Program-made: the position numbers and the translations under genes
The notes under the pieces: model-generated
Database searches by the model: none
Seen by the model: only the letters and a program-made list of their open reading frames with translations
Told to the model about the DNA's origin: nothing
Source of the DNA: Eledone cirrhosa
Lineage: Eukaryota
DNA length: 64,000 nt
Assembly (NCBI GenBank): GCA_964016885.1
Contig: OZ024745.1
Span: 81,344,001 to 81,408,000, forward strand
Direction of reading: 5' to 3'
Shown here: positions 27,035 through 39,760 of the stretch, in pieces
Layout of the letters: every line of letters starts with the position of its first letter
Numbering within the stretch: position 1 is the first letter of the stretch

Positions 27035-30000
27035 TTATACTTAGGGAGGGTCATATTTGTGAAATATTGCCAGAATTAATAACAGAACACACTCACTGTT
27101 TGGTTGGTTTTCGCTTCTCGCTGTCTTTTATATCTGCGATCTAACTTAATCGGTCCTCAATGTTGCCATTGACTGACCGACGGTCAAAAATAATACAGAT
27201 ACAATATAGACACAAACACATATATATAGTTTACATAATTTACATAAATCTTTCGTTTCACATCTGCAACATCGTCAGTGGTGTTATATTTTTTCCTCCT
27301 GTTGTGTTGTATGTCTACGCCATTTTTTATTCAGTCTGTCTATATATTTATTTATTTATTTGCTTGTTTGTTTATTTTATTTTGTCTTCTTTGCGCATGC
27401 GTTTGCGTGTGTGTATAGTGTTACGTTTGCTGTGTGACTAGTGTGTATAGTGTTGTGTCTGCTGGGTGACTAGTGTGTGTTTATGTGCTTGTTGTTATTG
27501 TGCTTGTGTATGTATTTATTTATCTTATTTTATTTTATTTTATTTACTTATTTATACTTCTCTTAGGTCAGTGTTGTTTGTTTGGGTGTTATTGTTGTTC
27601 CACTCATTCTTTCTGTTTAGCTTTGGTCTTCTAATTTCTATTTCACTGGCCTCTCTGATTTGCCTATGTGCTGGGTCATTCCTATGTTTAGATATTATTC
27701 TAATTTCTATGTTGTCTATGTTGCCGTCATGTTGTTGTCTAGCATGTTCGTATAGTACTGACCCGTTTTTTCGTCCTTTTAGTTCCCCCCAGTGTTGGTC
27801 TATCCTTTCACCTATGCTACGAGCTGTTTCGCCTATGTATGTTGTTGTCATGTTTCTGCAAGTACCCTCTGTACATCTTATGCTATAGACTACGTTTCTA
27901 GTCTTACAGTTTATCCGGGGGTTCACCTTACATATGATACATTTCCTATTGGTACAGTGGGTTTTCTTAAAGGGGTAGGTTTTGCTGATCAGGGATTTTA
28001 TGGTGGTTCCTGGCTTTTCTACCACCTTTATTTTTAAGTGGGTCTTTCTCAGGGCCTTTCTACACTGGTTAGCTAATTTCCCTCCAGGGGTGGCGTCCAC
28101 AAACATGACACTCTGATATCTCTGGTTGTCGTACCATGATGTGGCCTTCCCTATCTTATGTCTAGCCCTATCTAAGCTATTCCATGATTTGCTCCTGTGT
28201 AATGGGCAAATTCCTTTCATGTCCAGTTCTATGAGGGTCTTATACTTTTCCATGGCTCCTTCGTATACTCTGACTCTGTCTCTTTGGTTGTAGCCAGAGA
28301 ACTGCATGCGGTTGATGAAGTGTTGGATGTGTCTTTCCATTTCTGTTGGGTCGCACATGCTGGACACATTCTTCATCACTCGTACCAAATCTGCGATCAG
28401 AATATTAAACTTAGCACTACTGGACATTGCTGAGTTTTTGAGTATCAGGTATTTAGAGGCCATGGGTTTAGCATAGTGTGAGTGGAGAATTTGGGCTCTC
28501 TCGTCTATAGTGTTAATCCAGAGTTCTGTGTCTAATACAGGTAGTCTATTGTTAGGGTGTTTGGAAGGGAAGTCGATAGTTACAGTTATACTCTGGTGTA
28601 TGGAATTAGCTATCTGCTGGATGCTTTCCATCGTGCTACGTTCTAATTCAAACTTGTTAGTGCTCTCTAGTGGGGGTGTTCTTATAACTATATTGATATC
28701 GTCTACATAACGAGAGTATATGATGAGGTCTATGGAGCTTTCATTAAGGAGATCTTTAAGTCTCCTTTCCCACCATACCATGAAAAGGTTGGCAACATCA
28801 CCAGCTATGCTGACGCCGATGGCTGCTCCCTCATTTTGGGTGTAGATTTTCTCAATGAACTTAAATATGTGGCCCTTTAGGGTAGTTTTGATACTAGCCC
28901 CTATTGCATGTGCGACCATTTTTCTTACCTGATCATTATTTTGGGGGGTCCGTATAGCTTTGGTCCACCCAATCCACCTTCCCATGGGAGTCTTTTTTGC
29001 CATTGAGGTTATGGTGGGGGGTCTACCTCTTATAGGTCTACTAGGGCAGAAACATCTAAGGTCATGGCTGTCTAGGTAGTCAGTGTCGTAGGTAAGTCTA
29101 AGTAGGAGGCCCAGTTCATCTGTGTCGACGTCGCAGAACTCCACCTCACTCTCGATGATCATCTCCACACATCTTTTCACAGCAAAATCAATGTTAATGG
29201 ATGGGTACAGTGACACCACATCCATGCTGCCTATTATGCAGTTGGATAGGCTCCTGTTCTTGTTGCACTCACTGATTCTGCTGAGGAGGTCCTCTGTACT
29301 TTCACATACATCTGGGGACATCTTGATTATGGGGCGGATAACCATCGAGAGGAAGTAGGATATCCTGTAGTTGCTAGCTATATTAGCTCCGCATACGGGT
29401 CTTGTTGGTGGTCCTGTTGTCGGGTCGTCGACTGTCTTGTGGTCTTTGCGGAGCCCATACAAGTGTGGTATGCCATTGTTAGACGCCTGGAAGTTGTTGG
29501 CAGTGCGTCTGCTTGGCTTTAGGATGTCAGTCCACATCATCATGTGAACGTTGAGGATTTTTTCTCTCCCATCGTGTGTTTGTTGTGCAACTTCGCTCGT
29601 GTTGGTGATGTGGGGTTGCATAGCCTCGATGTAGTTCGGCATGCTATCTATTGACATCCTACCAGACTTATCTGTGGGTAGACACACTACCTCACCATCC
29701 CTTGTGCGCTGCTTGAGGCTAACCAAGCCTTCTACAGGTTTCCTCCCAAGTTGTTGGGCCTCTGGTCTGCTCTGTCTCTTAGTATACCTGTCTACTACTT
29801 GTCTAATCTTATTTCTAGCTATGGTGAACTGTGCCTCTGTCTCGTCATCTATTTGCTGTGGTATGCAAACTCTTTTATTAAAGGGTAACCTCGTAGGATA
29901 GATATTACCCATCTTATATGTTTTGTCAACTGGGTTGAAAAATAGTTTCTCTAAGGGGTTGTCATTATATCTATCGTCATAGTTGTGTGTGTGTGTGTTG

Positions 30001-31581
30001 CTATTGTTGTTATCAGGGTGGTTGTTGTTGTTTCTATCATTAGCATTATTATTATTGTTATGATTGCTAGATGTATTGTTGTTTACTTCACCGTTATTGT
30101 TGTTGTTGTTGTTGTTACTGTTATTTCTACCATTGTGGTTGTTACTATTATTATGTTTCTTGTTTTTGTTGATGTTGCTACATGTACTATTTCCATTATT
30201 ACCACTGTGGTTATTGTTGTTGTTGTTGTTCGTATTGTTACCGTTATTACTACTGTGGTCGCTGTTGCTGTGTCTGTGGTTAATGTTTCTATTATTATTA
30301 TTATTGTGGTTGTTGTTCTGTCTAACGCTAGTATTATTACCATTATCACTATTTCTAACTTTCCTGCCATTGTTATGGTTATGGCTGTTATTTCTATACC
30401 CAGAGTTATTGTTTATATTACTACTACCGTTATTATTGTTGTTGTTGTTTACCTTTGCATTCCAACGTATTTTTGTGAAACACTTTTCCAGCTCCGTTTT
30501 GCACTCCATAGGGTTAATCTTTTTGTAGATGGCAAATGGCAAATTTTGGTGGTAACCGTAGGATTTGTTGTTCTTGTTCACTGATTAAAGTGTTCCCATA
30601 GATATTTACTGTGTGGTCATTGGTAAATTCTTCCGGTAGCTTTACATCAGTCATACGGATATTGTCGATGTTATGTTGGTATTTTTGAGAATATTCGGTT
30701 TTCCTTTCTTGTAGTTTTTTCTTATTCATCCATTCTAATTTCTTCTTGAAATGCCTATTGCATTCGTTTTGAGCGTATTTCGTTTCACGTCTGATGGCGC
30801 TCATGAAGTTATCTCTCTCGTTTGGTGTGATGAGATTTCGGATTTCCTTACCGTTAATGCGTTTCTGTTTGTAGAGTGCGTTGACTTTTGTGTATGTTGT
30901 TCTTTTCATATTAACTGTTATTGTGTGTTTTAGTCGTTCGGCTTGTGTTTTGTTCAATAATAAATTATTTACTTGTTTACAACACTGACCTAAGAGAAGT
31001 ATAAATAAGTAAATAAAATAAAATAAAATAAGATAAATAAATACATACACAAGCACAATAACAACAAGCACATAAACACACACTAGTCACCCAGCAGACA
31101 CAACACTATACACACTAGTCACACAGCAAACGTAACACTATACACACACGCAAACGCATGCGCAAAGAAGACAAAATAAAATAAACAAACAAGCAAATAA
31201 ATAAATAAATATATAGACAGACTGAATAAAAAATGGCGTAGACATACAACACAACAGGAGGAAAAAATATAACACCACTGACGATGTTGCAGATGTGAAA
31301 CGAAAGATTTATGTAAATTATGTAAACTATATATATGTGTTTGTGTCTATATTGTATCTGTATTATTTTTGACCGTCGGTCAGTCAATGGCAACATTGAG
31401 GACCGATTAAGTTAGATCGCAGATATAAAAGACAGCGAGAAGCGAAAACCAACCAAACAGTGAGTGTGTTCTGTTATTAATTCTGGCAATATTTCACAAA
31501 TATGACCCTCCCCAAGTATAACAATATTTGTTTCGACACACGATTTCATATAAAAAACCTCGCTAAACTAATTCATCGCCG

Positions 31582-31582
<1 letters not shown>
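27035..31582 (-). mobile_element. PLE of family 3 with about 540-bp inverted terminal repeats
   Basis: 27035-27575 is the reverse complement of 30983-31520. Long RT-GIY-YIG ORF between them. Confidence 0.95.
27552..30581 (-). CDS. PLE reverse transcriptase plus GIY-YIG endonuclease, 1009 aa open, with Asn-rich insert
   Basis: TDKSG, GSMDVVSLYPSI, GAAIG, RYVDD, LPVLD and NVVYSIRC..YIGET. The N-terminus continues in 30514-30985 across a 7-bp duplication frameshift. Confidence 0.93.
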   Translation of the reverse strand: MNKNNKSYGYHQNLPFAIYKKINPMECKTELEKCFTKIRWNAKVNNNNNNNGSSNINNNSGYRNNSHNHNNGRKVRNSDNGNNTSVRQNNNHNNNNNRNINHRHSNSDHSSNNGNNTNNNNNNNHSGNNGNSTCSNINKNKKHNNSNNHNGRNNSNNNNNNNNGEVNNNTSSNHNNNNNANDRNNNNHPDNNNSNTHTHNYDDRYNDNPLEKLFFNPVDKTYKMGNIYPTRLPFNKRVCIPQQIDDETEAQFTIARNKIRQVVDRYTKRQSRPEAQQLGRKPVEGLVSLKQRTRDGEVVCLPTDKSGRMSIDSMPNYIEAMQPHITNTSEVAQQTHDGREKILNVHMMMWTDILKPSRRTANNFQASNNGIPHLYGLRKDHKTVDDPTTGPPTRPVCGANIASNYRISYFLSMVIRPIIKMSPDVCESTEDLLSRISECNKNRSLSNCIIGSMDVVSLYPSINIDFAVKRCVEMIIESEVEFCDVDTDELGLLLRLTYDTDYLDSHDLRCFCPSRPIRGRPPTITSMAKKTPMGRWIGWTKAIRTPQNNDQVRKMVAHAIGASIKTTLKGHIFKFIEKIYTQNEGAAIGVSIAGDVANLFMVWWERRLKDLLNESSIDLIIYSRYVDDINIVIRTPPLESTNKFELERSTMESIQQIANSIHQSITVTIDFPSKHPNNRLPVLDTELWINTIDERAQILHSHYAKPMASKYLILKNSAMSSSAKFNILIADLVRVMKNVSSMCDPTEMERHIQHFINRMQFSGYNQRDRVRVYEGAMEKYKTLIELDMKGICPLHRSKSWNSLDRARHKIGKATSWYDNQRYQSVMFVDATPGGKLANQCRKALRKTHLKIKVVEKPGTTIKSLISKTYPFKKTHCTNRKCIICKVNPRINCKTRNVVYSIRCTEGTCRNMTTTYIGETARSIGERIDQHWGELKGRKNGSVLYEHARQQHDGNIDNIEIRIISKHRNDPAHRQIREASEIEIRRPKLNRKNEWNNNNTQTNNTDLREV

Positions 31583-31639
<57 letters not shown>

Positions 31640-32714
31640 ATACACACATATATATTTAAATACACACACATATATATATATCCACACATGTATATTCACA
31701 CACACATACAAGCACTCAGAGACACATCCACAAGTGTATGTAAAACTAGTCATTTGTACATCACTGATTTATGTACTTCGCTGAATAATTGTCTTTCTAA
31801 TATTTCTTCCTCTCTACTGTTTTGTAAGTAACGGCGAGATGAGGGAGGGGCGCTGTGTCCCTGATCCTGCTTCGTGCTTCCCAGATAGTTGAGGGTGAAC
31901 ATCAGTGTAAGAGATCGGGCTAGAGTGGGCCTGTCACGCACCCTCAAGCCGGGATCTGGCCTGAATGTCTTGTATACGTGTGATTTTCCTTTTTCTTTCT
32001 TTTTTTTTTTTAAAGAAAGAAAAGACACTGAAACTGAAGTACGATGGCATTTGAACGCTAGAAATCTATGGATCAAACAACGCAAGGCATTTCATCTTCT
32101 TCCACAACTTTGTTATTAAAACGGAAAGCTGATGAATTTAGCAGTATTCGAGCTTATATCACCAAGACCCGGAATAAATTCTGCAATGCAATCTAACGTT
32201 TTGTCCAATTTACTTCTTACATGTACTGAACTGTATTATAGTTTTGTTGCCCTTGTGGCAAATATTTGAAAGGAGGAGAAATTTGATTAAATCGACACTA
32301 GTATTTGACTGGTATTCTATATTTCTCCTTCCGGGATCGATAAAGCACTTCAAGTTTCACTTCAGGAGGAAGGTGAGAGTTGGAAAGGACATGCCTTCCA
32401 GTGTATTTTATGAAAGATGAGTGAGAGCAGCGAAATTGACGAAGCTGAATGGGCAAACTCTGACCATACTTTTCTAAGCAGGAGGAAAGAAAGAGAGAGA
32501 GAGAGGCCACTTTCAATGCCTGTGAGGCAACAGAATAACACAAGGTTTTGTGAAGGGCTCTTCCTGGAATTACCTTAACGTACAGTTCTCCTTACAACTA
32601 TTGGCGAACTGGTCCTTGTTGACATTCGTTATTGTTATTAGTCGTTATTGTTATGTATATTTATTACAAATTCCATTATTATCCCTATTGTTTTTTCTTC
32701 AGTGATGTCTCCTT

Positions 32715-33090
32715 TCCTTCTTCTTCTTCTTGGGTCATCCCACCATCGAAAGTGAAGCATGCACAAAGTTCTTATTCCAGACTTCCCGATCTCTCATCGC
32801 AGCAAGAAGATCCCGTCCAGTGAGGCCAGTGTCCCTTTCCAACAGAGTCCTGAGGGTATTTGGACGTCCTACTTGGCGCTTTGCATCTGATGTCCAGAGA
32901 AGCAGCTTCCCTGCAGATTCATCATGGCGGGAAACATGACCAGCAAGAGACAAGCGACGAGATCAAACGTTCGATGAAACTCGTGACAGATCACCAAAAC
33001 GAACTTTGTTGGTAGTGTGACTTTGCCACGTAATGTTGAACACCGCACATATTGGTGTAAGAAACATCAAGTCTCCTTGAGCGAGCAACA
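32715..33090 (-). mobile_element. 3' fragment of an RTE-X-like LINE
   Basis: LAGHVSRH..LLLW..GRP..LERDTG..AMRDREVW followed by a (GAA)n tail. Confidence 0.75.
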
Positions 33091-33149
33091 CAGAATTTCA
33101 AGAGGAGCAAATTTTATGGTTTAATAACAACGACTGAGATATCAAAGCA

Positions 33150-33610
33150 GTAATAATAATGGTTTCTTATATAGGCACACAAGGCCAGCAATTTTGGGGG
33201 AGGAGAAAGTCGATTAAATCGACCTCAGTGCGTTACTGGTACTTTATTTTATCAACCCCGTAAGGATGAAAGACAAAGCTAACCTCGGCGAGATTTGAAC
33301 TCAGAATATATCAAGTTGGTTCTGGTTGCTTGCTCTTGAGCGAAGAAAATTAGAGCTTCAGTTGTTGATTTGAGGTCAGATTTCCTTAGCCAGTCCCTAC
33401 GGGCAGTGTCGGTAGAGCGTCGGATACCATGCTTTGCAGCATAGTGTTACGGTCCTTTACGGTCTGAGTTCAAATCCCGCTGAAGTTAGCTTTGCCTTTC
33501 ATCCTTATGGTGTCAATAAAATAAAGCACCAGTAATGCACTGGGGTCGATTTAATCGACTTTTCCCCTCTCTCCAAATTGCCGGCTTTGTGCCTAAAGTA
33601 GAAATGATTA
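33150..33610. mobile_element. Two SINE copies: 33150-33305 (-) and 33400-33610 (+)
   Basis: Same SINE core as 24202-24735. Confidence 0.85.
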
Positions 33611-33614
33611 TTTT

Positions 33615-35960
33615 CCCTTTCTAATTAGCCATCTTTTCATTTTCCTTTTCTTCTGTGTAATCGTTCTTAAGCTTAGCATTTTCAGTATCAATGACACCAC
33701 TTCTTTTACCCGCATTTAACAGTAATTTTTCCGAATTCCTGATATACTAAACAAGGTTATTCTCCTCAGTCCTCATACCCTATTAATCACCTTCCTCCTT
33801 TGCTGTCTACAACACTTTTAGAGTGGAGTGCTCCATACATGGTCATCAATTTTCTCGTTTTCTATCAAGGCGTTTTAGCTCATCTACTGGCTATTTCACA
33901 ATTCCTGCACTATATCTCAACACTTGCTACCGTCCATGGATTAATTACAGTTATTTTAAACTTGCCATTAAGTTTCGACTTAAGTACACATGTTATCCTT
34001 CCCCTGTATTCTTTTGAAATGCCTCCTTATATCTTTTTCCTTAATCTGATCTTATTCAAGTACAAATAGATGTCTATATCCTGCTTCTTCAATGTTCTTG
34101 ATTCTTTCCTCGTCGGTTTTAAGGAATTCATATACAACTTTGAATATGATTCCTGTTATTAGCTTTTACTTAAGGGGTGAGATCGGTCTATAATTATCAA
34201 CAGAATTTCCTTTCACAGGATCTTTTTGGCACAATACTGTATTTCCAGTGGTCATCCACTTTGGGATCTTGTTAATCATATCGTTGATTAGCAAAGCTAT
34301 CCTCTCATATAATGAAGTAATATTTTTCAACCAAAAACAGTTGGGATTCGTTTTTGCTTTCTTGTCACCATCTCAGTATTTACTGTTATATTTTCCTGTT
34401 TTATTCCTTCTTTATCAGCTCTTACTTCCTTCAATCATTCAGCTTCTTTCTCATGTCCTATCCTGTTGTTACTCCAGAATATATTACTGTCTTTAGCGTT
34501 TTTTATTTTTTTTTATCTACTTTCAGTCGATTCAGATGTTGGTAAACACTTTTTTTATCCTCTTGGTACATTTTGCAGATCTTATATTGATCTATCCTTT
34601 GGTCATAACCTCTTAATTTTGGTGGCTTTAGCTTGTATAAGTTCTTCCAAAACTACACCCATACCCTTATTTTTAATCCTGTATTTACGTTCAAGTTCCT
34701 GGTATTTTTCTTTCCGTCTAAGTTCGCCTCATTTCTTTTTGTCTGGGATGCTGATATATTTCCTTATTTCCTTAATAGCCTGCTCTTTTCTCATTTTCCA
34801 CTATGGTTCTTTTCCTTCCTTGTTTCTTCTTTGGTTTGTTTTGAGACCTAATTTTCTCCCAATATAAAGGGTACATGCTTTAATTAAGTTGTTTGTTGCT
34901 GTTATATTATCTGTCTATTTCAGATAACACTCCATTCACCTTTTTCGTCCATTCCCTAAGTAGACATCTATCAACTCTTAAACCTCTTGATATTCTTTTC
35001 CAGATCATTATCCATCAGTTCTACAATATTGTCAATCATACGATTATCCCCTTCACTTAATTTCCCACTATTTCCAATAGACATTCCATCGCGTCTATTT
35101 TCCAGTTAATAATCACTCAATGGGTATTCTTCAGCATTTACAACATTAACCTTCTCAACATCTTCCGCCACATCCTCTCCTTCAGTTCCCTTTCTCCCTT
35201 CGACCATCACCTTCCTTTACAACTCTTCTAGTTCAAGTGCTGTTAACCGTCCATTATTTCTAATTGGTGGATTGGCAGTATCGGTAGAGAGTCGGACGCT
35301 ATGCTTTCCAGCATAGTTACGTCCCTTTACGATCTGAGTTCAAATCCTGCCGAGGTTCACTTTGCCTTTCATCCTTACGGGGTCGATAAAATAAAGTACC
35401 AGTAATGCACTGGGTAATTGCTGGCCTTGTGCCAAAAGTAGAAACAATTATTTCTAATTATCTCCTTGCTTGGTCACACAACCTCTGTTCCATCAGTTTC
35501 ATACCTTGTCTTTGATTCCAGATGTTATGCATTCTTTTCTGGAAACCCAGTATTGGCTTCCCTTCATCATCAAACGGTCTACTTAAATAGAAACACTCCA
35601 TGGCAGCTATATTAATGCTCTCTGTCTATCCAGTTCTAGCAGAAGTTGGTTGATGACCAGACCCACGCCGCTCACCCATGGGACACCTGTCTTCAACTCA
35701 AGTTCCAACCCCATTAACACTGTTCATTGCAGTATTGTTTTGATTCATAACACTCATTAAAAGGAAGAGTGGTGGTGAGGTGTGCCACAACCACTAGTGT
35801 TTTGGGGGGTTTTTTTTAGACACCATCTCTTAAACAGACTCAAAGGGATCCGCCTACCCTTAAAATTGGAGTAGGCTATCCTACGCTGGACACCAATCTA
35901 GTTTTCTAACCCCGAAGCAGTGGGTTATGCCACGCTGAACAGCATCCCAGTATACCCCAG
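33615..35960 (-). mobile_element. Highly degenerate R4/Dong-like LINE interrupted by a SINE at 35266-35450
   Basis: Hand translation gives IPKWMTTGNTVLCQKDPVKGNSVDNYRPIS, QELERKYRIKNKG..VLEEL and LKSKLNG. Many stops. Confidence 0.7.
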
Positions 35961-35962
35961 GC

Positions 35963-36560
35963 CGGTGGATTGGTAGTATTGGTAGAGCGTCGGACATCAT
36001 GCTTTGTCTAATAGAGTTACGGCTCTTTACGTTCTGAGTTCAAATCCTGCCGAGGTTAGCTTTGCCTTTCATCCGTAAGAGATTGATAACACAGTAATGT
36101 ACTGGGGTCGGTTTAATCGATTTTCCCATCTCCCCAAACTGCTAGCCTTGTGCCTATAGTAGAAACCATTATTAATATGTGGATTGGCAGTATCGGTAGA
36201 GGGTCGGACGCCATGCTTTCCAGCATAGTTACGTCCCTTTGCGGTCTGAGTTCAAATCCCGCCGAGGTTAACTTTGCCTTTCATCCTTACGGGGTCGATA
36301 AAATAAAGTACCAGTAATGTACTGGAATAATTGCTGGCCTTGTGCCAAAAGTAGAAATGATTATTATAATCGGTGGATTGGCAGTATCGGTAGAGGGTCG
36401 GACGCCATGCTTTACAGCAAAGAGTTACGGCCCTTTATGGTCTGAGTTCAAATCCCGCCGAGGTTAACTTTGCCTTTCATCCTTACAGGGTCGATAAAAT
36501 AAAGTACCAGTAATACACTGGAATAATTGCTGGCCTTGTGCCAAAAGTAGAAATAATTAT
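35963..36560 (+). mobile_element. Head-to-tail trimer of the tRNA-derived SINE
   Basis: Copies start at about 35963, 36179 and 36372. Confidence 0.9.
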
Positions 36561-36679
36561 TATAATCGCTCTGAATTGGCATTGTGCCTAAATCAGAAAC
36601 AATTATTATGGCCTCGTCACGCAAAGCAGATGGATAATGCACCGGGTTATTTAGTCATCTCTCAAGTCGCATCCACAAG

Positions 36680-36965
36680 ATGTTAGCAGTACCTAGCAAA
36701 CCCAACCTTTATCTCAGTCGCATTAAGAAGTCTTGAAGTTTCAATGGGATTGACCCTAATGCCCTGATCACACTATTGTATTCCAAAATAGTCTTGCCAG
36801 CTCCACTTTCAATTCAGAGTACTTGGTGATTTTTTCAATCTCCTTCCTCGCAATATTCGTGTCGATAATGTGAGAGTATTTCTCTTTCTTGTTCAATACG
36901 ACAATGTCCGGTCGGTGATGGTTAATTATTCTATCAGTTTGAAAGTCATAATCCCAGAATATCGT
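36680..36965 (-). mobile_element. Restriction-like endonuclease fragment of an R4/Dong-like LINE
   Basis: Hand translation IFWDYDFQTDRIINHHRPDIVVLNKKEK..IID..EKITKYSEL, a PD-(D/E)xK motif. Confidence 0.8.
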
Positions 36966-36984
36966 TGCTTATTATTATTATTAG

Positions 36985-38345
36985 CATTGGACACCATGCT
37001 TCGCGGCAAAGAGTTACAGCCCTTTACGTTCTGAGTTCAAATCCTGCCGAAGTTAGCTTTGCCTTTCATCCTTATGGGGGTCGATAAAATAAAGTACCAG
37101 TAATACACTGGGATTGATTTAATCTACTTCCCCCTCTCCCCAAAATCGCTGGCATTGTTCCATTATTATTGTGGTCAATAAAGAAAGAATTATTATTATT
37201 ATTTCTCTATTTGCTACAAGGGCAACACAAATGCAAACTATTTCATTAGATGTAGGCAATGAGTATTGCACAAACGTTAGAAAAAGTCAGAAAAAATGCC
37301 TTCCAGTTTTTGTTCAGGTTTTTTAATGTTCTGAGTTCAAATCCCACTTAGGACTACTTTGCCATTCATCCTCCCGGAGTCGATAAAATAAATTCACATA
37401 CAAGTAGCGAGATCAATACTATACCCCTTCTCGCTAAATTATGGTCTTTTACAAATGTTGTAAGTCTACGTTTGTATAGAACCGTAACTCCTGATAGAGT
37501 CGTAGGGCCGCCGGCGTGACAAACGGCGTATCACTGGCATATCACTGGCATATCACTGGCATATCACCTGGCATATCACTGGCATATCATCTGGCATATC
37601 ACCTGCAAAGAGAGAGGTAGTGAGAAAGAGATAGAGGTGGAATCGACTATCGTACTAGTACTTTATATATCGATCTCGAAATGATGAAAGACAACGTTGA
37701 CCTCGGCGTGATTTGAGAGCAGAGAACCAGAACGAATACCGTAAAGCAGCCTACCCGACTTTTTCACAACTTCCAATTCACCACCTATTTTACCTGTGTT
37801 AAAATCAATTATTATTATTTCAGTAAATTTTGGAAGATAGTCGGAGAAAAAGGGTTTGTGGTTTTTGGGTACATTACTTTATGTATGTTACTTTGAGTTG
37901 AGGGTGGTCTTTGTCTTTCATCCCATCCTTCCGGTTTGGACAACATATGTACCAGTCAAGTACTGGATGGTGTGGGCTTGGAGGAATCGTTAGAGCGTCT
38001 GACAAAATGACGTGATATTTAGCTACACCCTTTACTTTCTGAATTCAAATCTCGCCGAGGTCAATTTTTGCCTTTCATCCTTCCTAAGTTGAGAAAATAA
38101 AATACCAGTAATGCACAGGAATCGATTTAATAAACTTACCCCTTCCCCAAAATAGTTGACCTTGTGCCTAAATCAGAAAACATTTTCATTAAGGTAGTGG
38201 GTTGGCAGAATCGATAGGGCATGGGGTAAATTCTTTGTGGCATTTAGTTACGGAGATTTTCCTACTGAGGTTAGCTTTGCCTTTCATCCTTACTGGGATC
38301 GATTTAATCGACTTTCTCCATCCCTTCAAATTGCTGTCCTTGTGT
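36985..38345 (+). mobile_element. Cluster of diverged SINE copies with an 11-12 bp GGCATATCACT tandem repeat at 37525-37605
   Basis: SINE cores near 36985-37160, 37250-37450, 37975-38180 and 38195-38345, plus a minus-strand remnant near 37630-37790. Confidence 0.7.
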
Positions 38346-39487
38346 AGAACACAAGGTAGTAACAAGTATTATGTTATCACGAATGAGCATGTCTGTCACC
38401 CGGTTCTGTTGCAAAACCGTTTTACCACACGTCAACTAAATATTCGCGAGAGGCATAAACGTCACAACTTCTCCGACTTCGTATCTGTTCATGAAAAAGG
38501 ACATCAGTTTTTGTTTATCCACAATTAGCTGTAAGAGAGAGAAAGAGAGAGAGGGATAGAGAGGGAGAGGACAAGAGCTCTACGCGGTAGGTCGACCTGT
38601 TAGAAATATCTGTCAAATCTCCCTCAAGTCACACTCAAACCTCTTAAATAGGACAATGACACATTAGATAATGCAGTCCTACTGCCAATAAAAAAAAGTT
38701 GCTCTTCTTGTTTAGGGCTGACCTGGGGTTAAGCCACAACAATTTCTTAGCTTACGTCAACCATATGCTTACTATAAATTACAATGACACTGTTATTTCA
38801 TTATTATTAAATTTTCATCTCGAGCGATTTTGTCAATCGTGCTTCTGGGATCGATAGTAAGAAGTATTAGTCAGATTCTTGGGTGGATTAAACCGACTAT
38901 TTCTCCGCCACCCCGCCCAAGAAAAACTGTGGCCTTGTGCTTGGTTTAGAAATTATTTTTCTCATATTTTCATTCCGTTGAAGTCGACATTGCTTTTCAT
39001 CTTTCCGGAGTTGATAAAATAAAGTACTGGGTTTATTTTGAAATCTGTGGCTTTGTGTAAGGAATCTCAACACTATTATTATTATTATAAGGTACCTTAA
39101 TTGCCCCCAGGTGGCTTTATCTTTTTATAGGGGACCCTATAAATATATTTGTTATTTACAACACACACTCACGCCCTCATGTCTGTTACAAATCATAGTT
39201 TGTTCGTTTGCACTGTATTTGTTCTGGTTGTTTTTGTTTAATACTTTAGTATATATCTTGTAAGAAATAATATAAAAATAAATAAAAAAATCTCTATCGC
39301 GGTCATTATCAATCGGACTGGCAGTTACTCACATATGACAGAAAACGTGTTGAAAGAAAAAGAGAAATTTAACTTGTAAGCACGACCGGGAATATCAAGG
39401 AAAAGGATGTAAGAAAGAAAAGGAAAGAAGGAATGGTTCTCTTATCCCGGTCAAATTATAAAAAAGGGGGTGTTTAAAAACACTTAC

Positions 39488-39600
39488 CTTAGCATGTCGA
39501 AACCAAAGTGGTTAGTATCAGCTAGTATCTGGCAGAAGAACTTGTCCGGACTGGTAATTATTGAACACAACAAAAGGTGGCTTCTTAAAGTGTGTAGTAG
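39488..39600 (-). other. Candidate first exon of a host gene ending ATG CTA AG|gtaagtg
   Basis: Consensus donor at 39487-39482 just after an ATG at 39495, in non-repetitive sequence next to a GA-rich region. The upstream boundary is unknown. Confidence 0.3.
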
Positions 39601-39717
39601 TCATAATTGGAATAAGTGTGTGTAAGAGAGAGACAGAGAGAGAAAGATAGCTAAATGGAAAGAAAGAGAGAGAAAGGAAAAAGAGAGAGAAAGAAAGGAG
39701 AGAGAGAGAGAGAGAGG

Positions 39718-39760
<43 letters not shown>

